DNA of 64,000 nucleotides from a virus (taxonomy: Duplodnaviria > Caudoviricetes): the IMG/VR virus record IMGVR_UViG_3300029305_003178, positions 128,001 to 192,000 of that record, one strand, 5' to 3'. Both the position numbers and the translations under genes were made by a program. Positions 1-10,084 of the stretch are shown in pieces. The notes below the pieces were generated by a model, which was not told where the DNA came from, did not search any database, and saw only the letters and a program-made list of their open reading frames with translations. The stretch's first letter is position 1. Each line of letters opens with the position of its first letter.

Positions 1-1
1 A

Positions 2-1276
2 TTAGAAAATGAGGCTAATCCTCAAATACAAGAATTCAAAGAAAATATCAATGATATCATACAAGAAGCTCATGAAATGTTTGATGAGTCTTATGGTATA
101 TTTGATTATAAAATATTCATGTATCGTGAAGAAGATGAATTAGAAATGATCATTGATATATTTAAGTTAATAAACACATTAAAAACGGATTTCCTTCTTG
201 TATGGAATGCTGGATTCGACTTACCATACTTTGTTGCACGTATTGAAAAGTTGGGTGGAGATCCAACTGAGATAATTTGTCATAAAGATTTTAAAAATAA
301 AGTATGTTACTATAAAAAAGATGAAAAGAATTTTAAAGTAGCTAATAAGAGTGACGCATTTATTTGTACATCATATACAAAATATGTAGACCAAATGATC
401 TTATATGCAGCAACTAGAAAAGGACAAAAAGAACTTAGAAGTAATTCTTTAAACTATACTGGCAGAGATGAGCTTGGTGATGAAAAAATTGACTATACAG
501 AAGATGCCAATATTAAAACTTTACCGTATGTAAACTATAAACTCTTCTATTTATATAACGTAAAGGATACTCTTCTGCAGTACGGTATTGAGAAAAAAGT
601 AAATGATATAGATAACTTATATCTTAGAACATATTCCAACTGTACAGGGTATGATCAAATCTTTAAACAAACAGTAATGTTAAAATCTAGAGCATATTAT
701 GAATTCTTATTACAAGGACTTATTTTAGGTAATAACATTAATGTACATATACAACATGGTGATTCTACATTTAGTGGTGCATTGGTAGGTGACCCTAGAT
801 TAAATGACTTTTGTGGCGTAATGTTATTTGGTAAACGAAGTATGTTTATCTTTAACGATGCTATCGATTTTGACTTTTCTAGTATGTATCCTCATATCAT
901 CATATCTTTCAATATTGAACGTAATACTCTCGTTGGTAAACTCATCATACTTGATGATGAATTTAATGTTGATAGATACATTCATGGATTCGATGGTATC
1001 GATGTGGATACAAATAAATGGAATTCTTCTGACGACGATGACGACGATGAAGAAAAAGAAGCTGATTTAAAATATGATGGTGGTGCAGATTTTATGGATA
1101 ACTATCTAACAGGAGATATTTTATCTATGGGTACTAAATGGTTTAAGCTTCCTACAATAAGTGAAATAGATTCTAAATTTAAAGAAGAAATGAATATTAG
1201 ACCGTATAAGAGATTTTCTTTAAAACGTATTGCTAATAAGATTATTGATAATTTTAGTATTAAATTAGGTGATTAA
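2..1276 (+). CDS. Family-B DNA polymerase fragment (3'-5' exonuclease plus palm motif A); 5' end lies outside the window
   Basis: Frame is open from base 2. ExoII-like WNAGFDLPY, ExoIII-like YNVKD and PolB motif A DFDFSSMYPHIIISFNI are present. Motifs B and C are not seen before the stop. Confidence 0.85.
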   Translation, partial: LENEANPQIQEFKENINDIIQEAHEMFDESYGIFDYKIFMYREEDELEMIIDIFKLINTLKTDFLLVWNAGFDLPYFVARIEKLGGDPTEIICHKDFKNKVCYYKKDEKNFKVANKSDAFICTSYTKYVDQMILYAATRKGQKELRSNSLNYTGRDELGDEKIDYTEDANIKTLPYVNYKLFYLYNVKDTLLQYGIEKKVNDIDNLYLRTYSNCTGYDQIFKQTVMLKSRAYYEFLLQGLILGNNINVHIQHGDSTFSGALVGDPRLNDFCGVMLFGKRSMFIFNDAIDFDFSSMYPHIIISFNIERNTLVGKLIILDDEFNVDRYIHGFDGIDVDTNKWNSSDDDDDDEEKEADLKYDGGADFMDNYLTGDILSMGTKWFKLPTISEIDSKFKEEMNIRPYKRFSLKRIANKIIDNFSIKLGD

Positions 1277-1277
1277 T

Positions 1278-1940
1278 ATGATCAAGATAGAATTAACTAA
1301 AAAATTTAAAAAGAAATTATATGATATAAATCAGGATATGAAAACATTATTTTTTAAATATAATATTTATCCTGATAATATTATTATATCTAATAATTTG
1401 GATATGCCTTCTTTTCATGGTGCTAAATTAATTGATAGAATTGATTTTCCAGATGAATTTGATAGCATTGTATTATCGTTACACTCTAGACAGATATATG
1501 ATGTTTATAGCGATCATAAATCTGAATTAGATTATATATTTTTGGTTAATGGATTTATTTATTTAGGTAATGATGAAACTAAATATGAGATAGGTTCTTA
1601 TTATAGTGAAGATGGGACGAATTCATTAAAATTTGTAGGACTTAAACAACACACTACAGAAATAATAAATGAATTTAATCCGACTATATCGCTCGATAGT
1701 GAAAAAATAGAGAAATTATATAAAGGGAGCCTTATTAAAATAGCACCAGAAAATAAAAAATATAAAACTAGATTAAGTAAAGGGGTAGTACCTGGGTTAA
1801 AAAAATCTAGTTTATTGGATATAGAATTTCACGACCATGAAGAGAATGATTTTCTATATTTTATAACACTAAGAAATACTAGAAACAAAGTATACACATA
1901 TCATGAAAGAATGTGTATAGTAATTAAAGCAAAGGATTAA
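1278..1940 (+). CDS. Hypothetical protein, translationally coupled to the DNA polymerase fragment
   Basis: About 220-aa ORF; AGGTGA RBS at ~1267 favours ATG 1278; followed by a terminator. Confidence 0.7.
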   Translation: MIKIELTKKFKKKLYDINQDMKTLFFKYNIYPDNIIISNNLDMPSFHGAKLIDRIDFPDEFDSIVLSLHSRQIYDVYSDHKSELDYIFLVNGFIYLGNDETKYEIGSYYSEDGTNSLKFVGLKQHTTEIINEFNPTISLDSEKIEKLYKGSLIKIAPENKKYKTRLSKGVVPGLKKSSLLDIEFHDHEENDFLYFITLRNTRNKVYTYHERMCIVIKAKD

Positions 1941-1955
1941 TTTCCTTTGCTTTTT
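1926..1955 (+). terminator. Intrinsic terminator
   Basis: AAAGCAAAGGA-ttaatt-TCCTTTGCTTT followed by a T run. Confidence 0.7.
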
Positions 1956-1991
1956 ATCCGTATTTTGAGAATTTTCGATTATATATTATTA
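1956..1991 (+). promoter_or_regulatory. Putative early phage promoter (CGTATTTT...TATATATTAT); 36-bp exact repeat of 9962-9997
   Basis: ATCCGTATTTTGAGAATTTTCGATTATATATTATTA is identical at both sites. Confidence 0.75.
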
Positions 1992-1992
1992 A

Positions 1993-2142
1993 TGTGATAT
2001 AAAGATAAGATTAAAATCTTTATATCATTTGTCATATACATATCTTCTACATATTGGAAAGGTAAGAATTGATGTGTAACATTTAAAAAACATATGTTTT
2101 TTAGTACAGGTGTATTTAGCGACTGCACCTGTATTTTTTTTT
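1993..2142 (+). ncRNA. Candidate early small structured RNA
   Basis: ORF-free unit between an early promoter motif and a terminator (TACAGGTG/CACCTGTA plus T9). Contains a 12-bp hairpin at 1995-2027, a second imperfect stem, and a 20-bp palindrome at 2084-2103. Confidence 0.5.
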
Positions 2143-2171
2143 ATCAATTTCTCATCTATTTTAACCCAAAG

Positions 2172-2183
2172 AACAACTTAGTA
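2172..2183 (+). promoter_or_regulatory. Putative late promoter AACA-N6-TA (portal)
   Basis: AACAacttagTA just upstream of the portal ORF. Confidence 0.65.
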
Positions 2184-2200
2184 AGTATAATAGTAAATTA

Positions 2201-4474
2201 TTGAAGGAAGTGATGAAATTGGCTAAGCAAAATACAAACACCAGAGGTGTTGAAAAAGAAATAATGGATTTAAATAAAACTAATGCTGATGTTATAGGTA
2301 AAATAAATCAGCAGGTTTATTATAAAGATACGGAACGACAAAAAGAATTAGAATATTTAGATTCTAAATTAGATAGAATTATCTCTAAAGAATTAAATAG
2401 CACCAAAAGTATTACATCGGATGAAATGTCTACTTTCATGGTTAAATTATTTAATGAAATGGATGATAATACTAATAAGAATATTAAATCCATTGAAGAT
2501 ATATTTAGCGGTGGCGAAAATCATTTAATGGAGTTTTTCCAGAATAGATATCAAAACTTTAATTTATTATATGAAGATCTCAAAATGGTCACACAACAGT
2601 TATCCGAATTAGAAGAAGCTGTTATGACCACTAGAGATGCTATTGTTACTACAGATGATATAAGTACTACAGTATCTAGAACTATTGAATTCTTACGGGA
2701 AAATAAAGATAATAGTGAGTATGGAACTTATATCAATACAGTAGAAGATTTAGAGGATAAACTAAAACTTCAGCAGAAATTAAAAAATATTATTATTCCA
2801 AATGTATTGACATATGGTAAATATTATACATATACAGTACCATATAAAAAACTTTTTGCTGATCATCATTATAGAAAAACTAAAGATTCTAAATATATGG
2901 ATAATTCAATTAAATCTAAAACCAAATCTTTATCAGAATCTATAAGTGATGATGCTGATTTTATTAAAGTTTTCAAAGAAGATCTTAAATCTATAGATTC
3001 TACAACAAATGTTAGTGAAAATACTATCAAGAAAACATTGACATCATATACGGAATCTATTCAAGTATCTAATGATGAAGTATCCATTCCTATATTAGAA
3101 GGATTAGATATCGATTCATTAATGGATTATGCAAAATTCAAATCATCTGTAGATAAAGCTACAAAAGATTTGAATAAAGAGATTAAAGCATCTCCAGATG
3201 GTCTTGCAGAAATGAAAGAATCTGAAAAGATGTTTGAAGATATTTCTGGTTGCTATATCAAATATATTGAACCAAAAAAATTAATTCCTATTGATTTATT
3301 AGATCATAGACTTGGCTATTATTATATGCATGATGTTGATTTTCAGGTAAATAAATCACCATTTGCAACTGCAATTACAGTATCTAATACAGCAGCAAAT
3401 CCTAAAATGCATGAAGATGTAGAAGCTATGTTTATGTCAAGAATTACAGATAAAATCGTTAAATCTTTTGATAAAAAATTCTTAGAAAATAATGCTAAGT
3501 TTAAAGATTTAATTCTTAATGCTCTTGTATATAATGATTTATATAAAAGAAATATTAGATTCCAATTTATTCCTGCAGAATATATTACAGAGTTTAAAGT
3601 TAATGAAGATGAAAATGGTGAAGGTAGATCCATTTTAATTAAATCTTTATTCTATGCTAAATTATATTTAGCATTATTAATTTTTAAAATGATCTCTATT
3701 ATTACTAGATCGAATGATACAAAAATTAACTATATTAAAAACTCTGGTATTGATTCCAATATTATTAACAGAACACAGGAAGTTGCTCGTGCCATAAAAG
3801 GACGTCAGATAAACTTCATGGATCTGTTAAACTACAACTCAATTATCTCTAAAATTGGTGCCTATAAAGAATTATTTATCCCTATGGGTAGAAATGGTGA
3901 TAGAGGTATTGAATTTGATATCTTATCTGGTCAGGATGTTCCTCTTAATACGGAATTAATGGAAATGTTAAGATCTAATATGATATCATCTACTGGTGTA
4001 CCATCTGTTATCATGAACTATGTAAATGAAGTAGATTTTGCTAAAACACTTGCAATGGCAAACTCTAAATTCGTAGGTCGTGTAATTTCTTTACAGATTG
4101 ACTGTAACGTGGGCACAACAGAATTTTATAAAAAAATTATGAAATTTTCTGATGTTAGTATACCTGATGATGTCATTGATAAATTCATATTTAAATTCAA
4201 TGCACCTAAGACATTGAATACTATGAATATGACAGATATGATCAATAATGCTGATCAGGTTGCATCTGCAGCAATTAAAGCTATTACAGGTGAAAATAGT
4301 GATCCTGATGGCGATGCAAATAAATTAAAAGATTTATTATACAATAAAATCATGAGAGATTTACTTCCTATGATGAATTGGGATTCTTTTGATAAAGCGT
4401 ATGAAGATGCTAAAATAGAATTAGCTAGATTAAAAGCGACACCTAAGAAAACAGAAGAATCTGACAGTTATTAA
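2201..4474 (+). CDS. Portal protein
   Basis: 757 aa with a T4 gp20-like C-terminal segment (LMEMLRSNMISSTGVPSVIMNY..EVDFAKTLAMANSKF); lies next to sheath/tube and has a late promoter. True start may be a few codons downstream. Confidence 0.7.
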   Translation: MKEVMKLAKQNTNTRGVEKEIMDLNKTNADVIGKINQQVYYKDTERQKELEYLDSKLDRIISKELNSTKSITSDEMSTFMVKLFNEMDDNTNKNIKSIEDIFSGGENHLMEFFQNRYQNFNLLYEDLKMVTQQLSELEEAVMTTRDAIVTTDDISTTVSRTIEFLRENKDNSEYGTYINTVEDLEDKLKLQQKLKNIIIPNVLTYGKYYTYTVPYKKLFADHHYRKTKDSKYMDNSIKSKTKSLSESISDDADFIKVFKEDLKSIDSTTNVSENTIKKTLTSYTESIQVSNDEVSIPILEGLDIDSLMDYAKFKSSVDKATKDLNKEIKASPDGLAEMKESEKMFEDISGCYIKYIEPKKLIPIDLLDHRLGYYYMHDVDFQVNKSPFATAITVSNTAANPKMHEDVEAMFMSRITDKIVKSFDKKFLENNAKFKDLILNALVYNDLYKRNIRFQFIPAEYITEFKVNEDENGEGRSILIKSLFYAKLYLALLIFKMISIITRSNDTKINYIKNSGIDSNIINRTQEVARAIKGRQINFMDLLNYNSIISKIGAYKELFIPMGRNGDRGIEFDILSGQDVPLNTELMEMLRSNMISSTGVPSVIMNYVNEVDFAKTLAMANSKFVGRVISLQIDCNVGTTEFYKKIMKFSDVSIPDDVIDKFIFKFNAPKTLNTMNMTDMINNADQVASAAIKAITGENSDPDGDANKLKDLLYNKIMRDLLPMMNWDSFDKAYEDAKIELARLKATPKKTEESDSY

Positions 4475-4487
4475 TAATTAGTAAATA

Positions 4488-4523
4488 AATAACCCCATAT
4501 GGATAATTCCATATGGGGTTATT
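4488..4523. terminator. Bidirectional terminator between convergent portal and tail tube genes
   Basis: AATAACCCCATATGGA-taat-TCCATATGGGGTTATT, perfect 16-bp stem. Confidence 0.8.
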
Positions 4524-4539
4524 ATTTTATTTATATTAA

Positions 4540-5385
4540 TTATTCATTAGTTAAGTCCTGGTTATATTTTGAAGGCCAGTTATTTACACGGTATTTAGGA
4601 TGTGAATCAACATCTTTCTGAGTATATTCAGAATTGAATTCCATGTAATTTTCCATAACTCTGAATTTATCAATCAGTGCTTTAGCAACTTCATTGATCT
4701 GAGGAGATTCATATTTGTTAACAGTAAATTCGATTTCTGTTTTAACAATCTGATGATCGCCTGCTTCGTAGTTAAAGTGGTCTTTCTTAACCTGTTTAGG
4801 AATCATGTTTGTCAGCAGACAAGCATATTCAATCCCGTCAGAACGACCTGTAGGATCTGTCATAATGTAGATAGCTTCTGCTACATGGTTATACTGAGCA
4901 TATTTAATACCCTGATCGATTGCACCATGGTAATGACCTAAGCCAGTGTGTGCATCAGAAATACCATTAATCCACATATCTGTATATTCTCTAACAGGAG
5001 AGCCAGCGAATTCATACAGACCAATTGTGATGGATGTTGTACCATCTTTTGCAACAGTACCAACTTCGAAGGATTTACCAGCATAACCACCTTCAATTGT
5101 AGCTGTTTCCAGTTCTACGTTACCGATACCCTGGATAGATGTGAAGCCATATTCCAGTAAGTGTCTAATACGTCTTGTTTCATTAGGCATAATTTCCTGC
5201 ATGAAAACTGGCATCTTGATAAAGAAGATACGAGCGTAACCAGTTTTTAAAGGATCGTACTGTTCCAGTGATTTCTGAGTTACGTTTAAGCCACCAAGGA
5301 AAATGGAATAATTAGTAATAAAGTCCTTATCATACTTTTTAATATTAGACTGTAATGTATTTACAGTTGTTTTAGTACCTGCCAT
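4540..5385 (-). CDS. Tail tube protein
   Basis: 281 aa, immediately downstream of the sheath; beta-rich pattern; codon usage of a highly expressed gene. Confidence 0.7.
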   Translation of the reverse strand: MAGTKTTVNTLQSNIKKYDKDFITNYSIFLGGLNVTQKSLEQYDPLKTGYARIFFIKMPVFMQEIMPNETRRIRHLLEYGFTSIQGIGNVELETATIEGGYAGKSFEVGTVAKDGTTSITIGLYEFAGSPVREYTDMWINGISDAHTGLGHYHGAIDQGIKYAQYNHVAEAIYIMTDPTGRSDGIEYACLLTNMIPKQVKKDHFNYEAGDHQIVKTEIEFTVNKYESPQINEVAKALIDKFRVMENYMEFNSEYTQKDVDSHPKYRVNNWPSKYNQDLTNE

Positions 5386-5408
5386 TATTCTTCACTCCTT
5401 TCCTTGGA

Positions 5409-7292
5409 TTATACTCTTTTATTAATATCGATTTCGATAATACCACGTTTAGCAAGAGTTTTGAATGTAACTGCTAAATAGCAATGCAGAATACTTCTTT
5501 CTTCTTCCCAAGGATTCATATCGAAATAAACACTAAAGTCTCTGAGTTTCTTATTTCTATAATCTGCAAACATTCTGTCAGCTGCTTCACCAAACAGAAC
5601 TCTGTCTTCGGCTTCTGCGAAGTTATACAGTTTAGAAGCTACGAATTCTTCCAGCTGTCTCTTCATATCCAGCATAACAGCAACGTTGTTTTCTTCAGAC
5701 AGGTCAGACCATACAGTCTGAGATGTACCCTGACAACCTCTAACGAATGTATTTTCTGCAATACATTCAACATAGTTGAATCTGGATGTATAAATTTCTT
5801 CTTTAACTTCCAGATCATCTGCATCGATTGCAGGGATAAGGGAATTTTTAACATGGTTATCAATCATTGCATAACCTTCACCTACAAAAGGAATCTGTTC
5901 ACCAAATGTTTTGTAGTGTGTAGGTAAATTACCTGCTAACCAATATGTGATTGTAACAGGAATGATTTTACCATTGAATGGATCTCTGATTTTATAGTGC
6001 TGCATTTCTTTAGAGATGATTCTATCATCAATTTCCTGCAGGTTATATTTCATTACTCTAAACTGATTCATGTTGTAAATGAAACCAGAGTCTAAAATAC
6101 CACGAGCATCATATCTATGCAGAATTAAACCAGCCAGAGCCAGTTTAACATCTAAACTATAACCAGCGTCCATGATCAGTTCACAAGGAACTCTACGTTT
6201 ACTCTTGATGGTTCTGTCGTAAGGTTCTTCACCATTAAATGCTTTAATAAATTCTGCATCCATAGCAGCATTTCTAACTTCAGCACTAACAGTAGAAGCA
6301 AATTCACCATCATCACCGCCCATTAAAGCGATACCATCTGTAGCATCAAAAGCAATACCAGATTCAATAACTAAACCGTTATTGGGTGCTAAAGCTTTTG
6401 TCATACCAAAGATGAAGTCAAATTTAGTAAAATCAACAATTTCAGGCAGTGGTGTACCAATAGGCTGACCACTAATATCTGTAACATGTTCTTTATACAT
6501 GTTGTAGATAATTTCAAAATTGGATCTGCTGATATAAGAAGCAATTTTAGAACTGCCTGCTTCAGCATCTTCTAAAACATCATCTAAGAACAGAGATTCA
6601 CCAAGGTAGATTGCAGCTTCATAAAGTGCACCACGGAAAAACTCTTTCTTTGTCAGACCGTCTGCACTATCTAAAACTTCAAATGTGTAGTTTTTGAAAT
6701 CATTTTCAGCATCTGTTAATACATCAGATGTGATTCTAAATCTCAGTGTGTTACCATACGCACCTCTACCTTTTGCGTAGATACCCATGATGGGAACTGT
6801 TAAGTAACCTTCATCATCAACTTCATTGGGATTGATTTCAACACCATCGATAGATGCTGCAATCATATCTTTATTTGTTAAGTTAGCGAAAGGTTCACTA
6901 ACGTATTTAACTTTGAAAATATTTTTACCTTCAGCGTTTACATCTTTTTTAACTTTAGCACTAATAATAGTGTTAGCATAAGATGCAGACTGAGGCATAA
7001 TTCTCATACAATATACTTTTGCATTACCAGACTTCAGTGCAGCATAAGCATTGTACTGAGGCTGACCATACAGAGCATAGTTGGGAGTACCATATTCTTC
7101 TAAGAATGATTTTGTTTCACTATAAGGTTTAATAACTGAGTCTTCACCTTTAGGAGACGCGAATACACATAACAATCTAACGCCATTGTCAGCTGCTGTT
7201 GCAGTTGTATCTGTAAAAATGCTATTATCATTGATATATGTCTGCACGTGAGGGTGAAGCCAGTTGGGAATGATTTGTCCCTGTCTAGGCAT
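5409..7292 (-). CDS. Contractile tail sheath protein
   Basis: Sheath hallmarks: HPHVQTYINDNS N-terminus, FLEEYGTP, GRGAYGN, LMGGDDG, and C-terminal LSEENNVAVMLDMKRQLE...IIEIDINKR. Confidence 0.85.
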   Translation of the reverse strand: MPRQGQIIPNWLHPHVQTYINDNSIFTDTTATAADNGVRLLCVFASPKGEDSVIKPYSETKSFLEEYGTPNYALYGQPQYNAYAALKSGNAKVYCMRIMPQSASYANTIISAKVKKDVNAEGKNIFKVKYVSEPFANLTNKDMIAASIDGVEINPNEVDDEGYLTVPIMGIYAKGRGAYGNTLRFRITSDVLTDAENDFKNYTFEVLDSADGLTKKEFFRGALYEAAIYLGESLFLDDVLEDAEAGSSKIASYISRSNFEIIYNMYKEHVTDISGQPIGTPLPEIVDFTKFDFIFGMTKALAPNNGLVIESGIAFDATDGIALMGGDDGEFASTVSAEVRNAAMDAEFIKAFNGEEPYDRTIKSKRRVPCELIMDAGYSLDVKLALAGLILHRYDARGILDSGFIYNMNQFRVMKYNLQEIDDRIISKEMQHYKIRDPFNGKIIPVTITYWLAGNLPTHYKTFGEQIPFVGEGYAMIDNHVKNSLIPAIDADDLEVKEEIYTSRFNYVECIAENTFVRGCQGTSQTVWSDLSEENNVAVMLDMKRQLEEFVASKLYNFAEAEDRVLFGEAADRMFADYRNKKLRDFSVYFDMNPWEEERSILHCYLAVTFKTLAKRGIIEIDINKRV

Positions 7293-7317
7293 GCGAATTA
7301 CCTCCTTTTTAATATTT

Positions 7318-7329
7318 TATAAAATTGTT
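7318..7329 (-). promoter_or_regulatory. Putative late promoter AACA-N6-TA (sheath-tube operon)
   Basis: Minus strand reads AACAattttaTA, 26 nt upstream of the start. Confidence 0.65.
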
Positions 7330-7349
7330 CATCATAGGTTTTCTAAAGC

Positions 7350-8099
7350 TTACATCTTGATTATCTTTTCTATAGGAGAATCAACCTGTTTTTTATTATA
7401 ATTTTTCATATTAAGTGATGCTGTTATCATTGCATCCATGTCTCTATAGGTGATGGCAGCAAATGTTGAGTTTCTCGCACATACTTCAGTAATATTAGCT
7501 GGAGTATATGCATATCTAGAAATATTCGGATTCTTTGCAACACTTTTAGAGAATTTATCACCATCTGGACCACGATTCATTTCTGCTAGAACGAATTCTA
7601 ATACTACAGGAGGTACATTTAAACTCAGACCATTAATATCCAAATTATTTAACCATACTGTAAGAAGATCATCATATGATACAGATTTAATAATTTTTTT
7701 ACTTAATACCATATTCAGAAAGTTAGATACGTTGCCAGCATTCTGTGAAATGTTTGATACCATTATTTTGTCACCTTTATAAAATTGAGCGACTTTATAT
7801 CGTTGTACTTCATCATACTGATTACCAAGCATATTAATATCTTTAGTTACAATATTAGATGGGAATAATGTAATATTAGTAGGAAGATTTAATACTTCAT
7901 CTACCAACATTTTTTCTTTTTCATCAAATACTCTAACATTTAATAGACCAATAGTATCAATATGTGTACCTATAAGTTGGGATAAATTAATTTCAAAATA
8001 ACTTTCTGGAATATATATTTCTATAAGATATGTATTGGATACGATATAACCTTTATCCTCTTTAATAAAAGATGATAACTTACCCATAACTATTTTCAC
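7350..8099 (-). CDS. Probable RNA polymerase beta-prime C-terminal fragment (virion RNAP subunit)
   Basis: VLEFVLAEMNR / NSTFAAITYRDMDAMITASL / SPIEKII parallel the beta-prime C-terminal motifs HIEVIVRQM / [20 protein letters not shown] / GLKENVI. Late promoter AACAtactgaTA at 8144-8155. Confidence 0.6.
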   Translation of the reverse strand: MKIVMGKLSSFIKEDKGYIVSNTYLIEIYIPESYFEINLSQLIGTHIDTIGLLNVRVFDEKEKMLVDEVLNLPTNITLFPSNIVTKDINMLGNQYDEVQRYKVAQFYKGDKIMVSNISQNAGNVSNFLNMVLSKKIIKSVSYDDLLTVWLNNLDINGLSLNVPPVVLEFVLAEMNRGPDGDKFSKSVAKNPNISRYAYTPANITEVCARNSTFAAITYRDMDAMITASLNMKNYNKKQVDSPIEKIIKM

Positions 8100-8179
8100 C
8101 CCCTTGAGACGGATAAAAACTGATAAAGGCAGAATTCTACCTTTATCAGTATGTTTTTGTTATTCATTTTGCATTGATA

Positions 8180-9109
8180 TTATCTTTCAATCATTGCTAC
8201 TACTTCTTTAATATTATTGATGAATTTTTCTTTTTTCTCGTTATTCATTTTACCATAGCACAGATCTTTTAAGTTAACCATGAACTGAGAAATGAATACA
8301 CCCTGAGTTTTATCATGCTCATCCTGTTTCATATCTGCCACAAAGGAGATGAAAATTACTGCAAAAATATTAGGTCTTTTTGTATATTCTTCAGGGAGGA
8401 AAGCTTTTTCAATATTACCATATTTAAGAATATTTTCACTAATACCAAAGTATTTAATATTCTTTTCATACTTATTAAATACTTTTCTAGTTTTAGCTTC
8501 AATACCATAAATAGAGTAAATAGATCTACGTTTAACCTCATTAGATAAATATTTTTTAATATTATCCAGTGAGAAAGCATTATCAACCTCAGTCATAATT
8601 TTTCTAATTTTAGTTTTTTCTTCTTCATCTTCAGATGTTTCCAATCTTTCAGTCAATCTATTCATAATTACATCTGACATAGTATCGAATTCGTTTGTGA
8701 GTTTTTCGAATTCCTCTCTACTTTCAGCAAGATCTTCATTAAGTTTTCTAGTTTCTTCGTCAATATATGCAAAAGTATCAATAGCTCTTTTTCTAAATAA
8801 TAAGAAGTCTCGTTTAATATCAATATCTCTATCTATTTCTCTATTAACAAGTTTAACTTCTTCATCACCAATACTAAAGATAGCATCAATATCATCATCA
8901 GACAAAGCTTTAATTTCATCTTCTGTCATGGAATTTAATTTAGCATCAATAGCGTCAGTAGCTTCTTCATCACCAAGCATAGCTCTAGACTGAGCTTTGA
9001 TCATTTCTTTTGCTTTAATACCCTCATCAAATTTATTTTTGATATTAATAAATTTAATCGCTTCTCTATCACTATCTGTCAAAATATCAAAATTTTTAAT
9101 TGGTTCCAT
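8180..9109 (-). CDS. Hypothetical protein (helical, acidic)
   Basis: 309-aa ORF coupled to the upstream gene; GAGGGAG RBS. Confidence 0.7.
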   Translation of the reverse strand: MEPIKNFDILTDSDREAIKFINIKNKFDEGIKAKEMIKAQSRAMLGDEEATDAIDAKLNSMTEDEIKALSDDDIDAIFSIGDEEVKLVNREIDRDIDIKRDFLLFRKRAIDTFAYIDEETRKLNEDLAESREEFEKLTNEFDTMSDVIMNRLTERLETSEDEEEKTKIRKIMTEVDNAFSLDNIKKYLSNEVKRRSIYSIYGIEAKTRKVFNKYEKNIKYFGISENILKYGNIEKAFLPEEYTKRPNIFAVIFISFVADMKQDEHDKTQGVFISQFMVNLKDLCYGKMNNEKKEKFINNIKEVVAMIER

Positions 9110-9882
9110 TATTCATCTTCTCCCTCTAATAAATTTTTATTAATATATTTTTGTCTTATTTTAATGAAAATATCATCAATTACGTAATCATATTCATCGG
9201 TACATAGATCAATATAAGTACGGACAAAATCACCATTTAGGATATCTTCATTAATAAGATCTTTTACAACACTAGCATTATAATTATTTTTACCAGCACT
9301 TAACTCGATAAATTCTTCATTTTCCATCTCTAATGATATTATATAATTAATGATAGATGATAAATTAGAAATAATAGTTAAATCATCTGGATTTTTAAAT
9401 TGTTTTTTATATACAAGAGTGGATACATCTTTCTTGTTTTTATCAGCATAATAATTAGTAAATTCTTTCTTATGTGTATTGATATACTTACTAATATATT
9501 TAGTAATATTTTTAGTATATCTTAAAATAAAATACTCGTATAAAGCTTGACCAATATCTACAATATCAGATCTATTTGCAATAGATGTCAAATCTAAATC
9601 CAGATTAAATCTATCGCTTAATTTAGATAAAATATTAATGAAGAAATCGTTCATCGCATTATCAATACCTTCTATGATTTCTTCATTATCTCCATATATA
9701 TCTCTAAATTCATCAGCTTTTTCTGTAATTGAATCGATATAATCCACATTAGTAGACAGTGGGTTATTAATCTGCTCATAAATACTTTCTCTTAATAAAT
9801 CAAATGGTAGCTCTGCTACTAAATTATCCAATTCAACAGATGTAATTGGTTCATATTCTTCTCTATTGTAAAAATGTCCCAA
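9109..9882 (-). CDS. Hypothetical late protein
   Basis: 257 aa; TTG start with AAGGA RBS; AACAtctaagTA at 9917-9928. Confidence 0.7.
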   Translation of the reverse strand: MGHFYNREEYEPITSVELDNLVAELPFDLLRESIYEQINNPLSTNVDYIDSITEKADEFRDIYGDNEEIIEGIDNAMNDFFINILSKLSDRFNLDLDLTSIANRSDIVDIGQALYEYFILRYTKNITKYISKYINTHKKEFTNYYADKNKKDVSTLVYKKQFKNPDDLTIISNLSSIINYIISLEMENEEFIELSAGKNNYNASVVKDLINEDILNGDFVRTYIDLCTDEYDYVIDDIFIKIRQKYINKNLLEGEDE

Positions 9883-9961
9883 TTAAGAACACCATCCTTT
9901 CATAGTATAATTAAATTACTTAGATGTTAGTATACAAATATAAATGTACTAAAATAGTATG

Positions 9962-9997
9962 ATCCGTATTTTGAGAATTTTCGATTATATATTATTA
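9962..9997 (+). promoter_or_regulatory. Putative early phage promoter driving a small-gene operon
   Basis: Exact copy of 1956-1991; TATATATTAT at 9986-9995. Confidence 0.75.
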
Positions 9998-10084
9998 CCA
10001 TGAAAGAATAAAATAATATCAATATTTTATAACTTTCTATGATCCTATACATAATATTTTATGCAACAAGAAGGAGGAATTATT

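Noticed and set aside
1956-9997. 36-bp direct repeat read as att sites or ends of a mobile element
   Set aside because: It flanks core virion genes, no integrase is present, and degenerate copies recur before other early genes, so a promoter is the better explanation.
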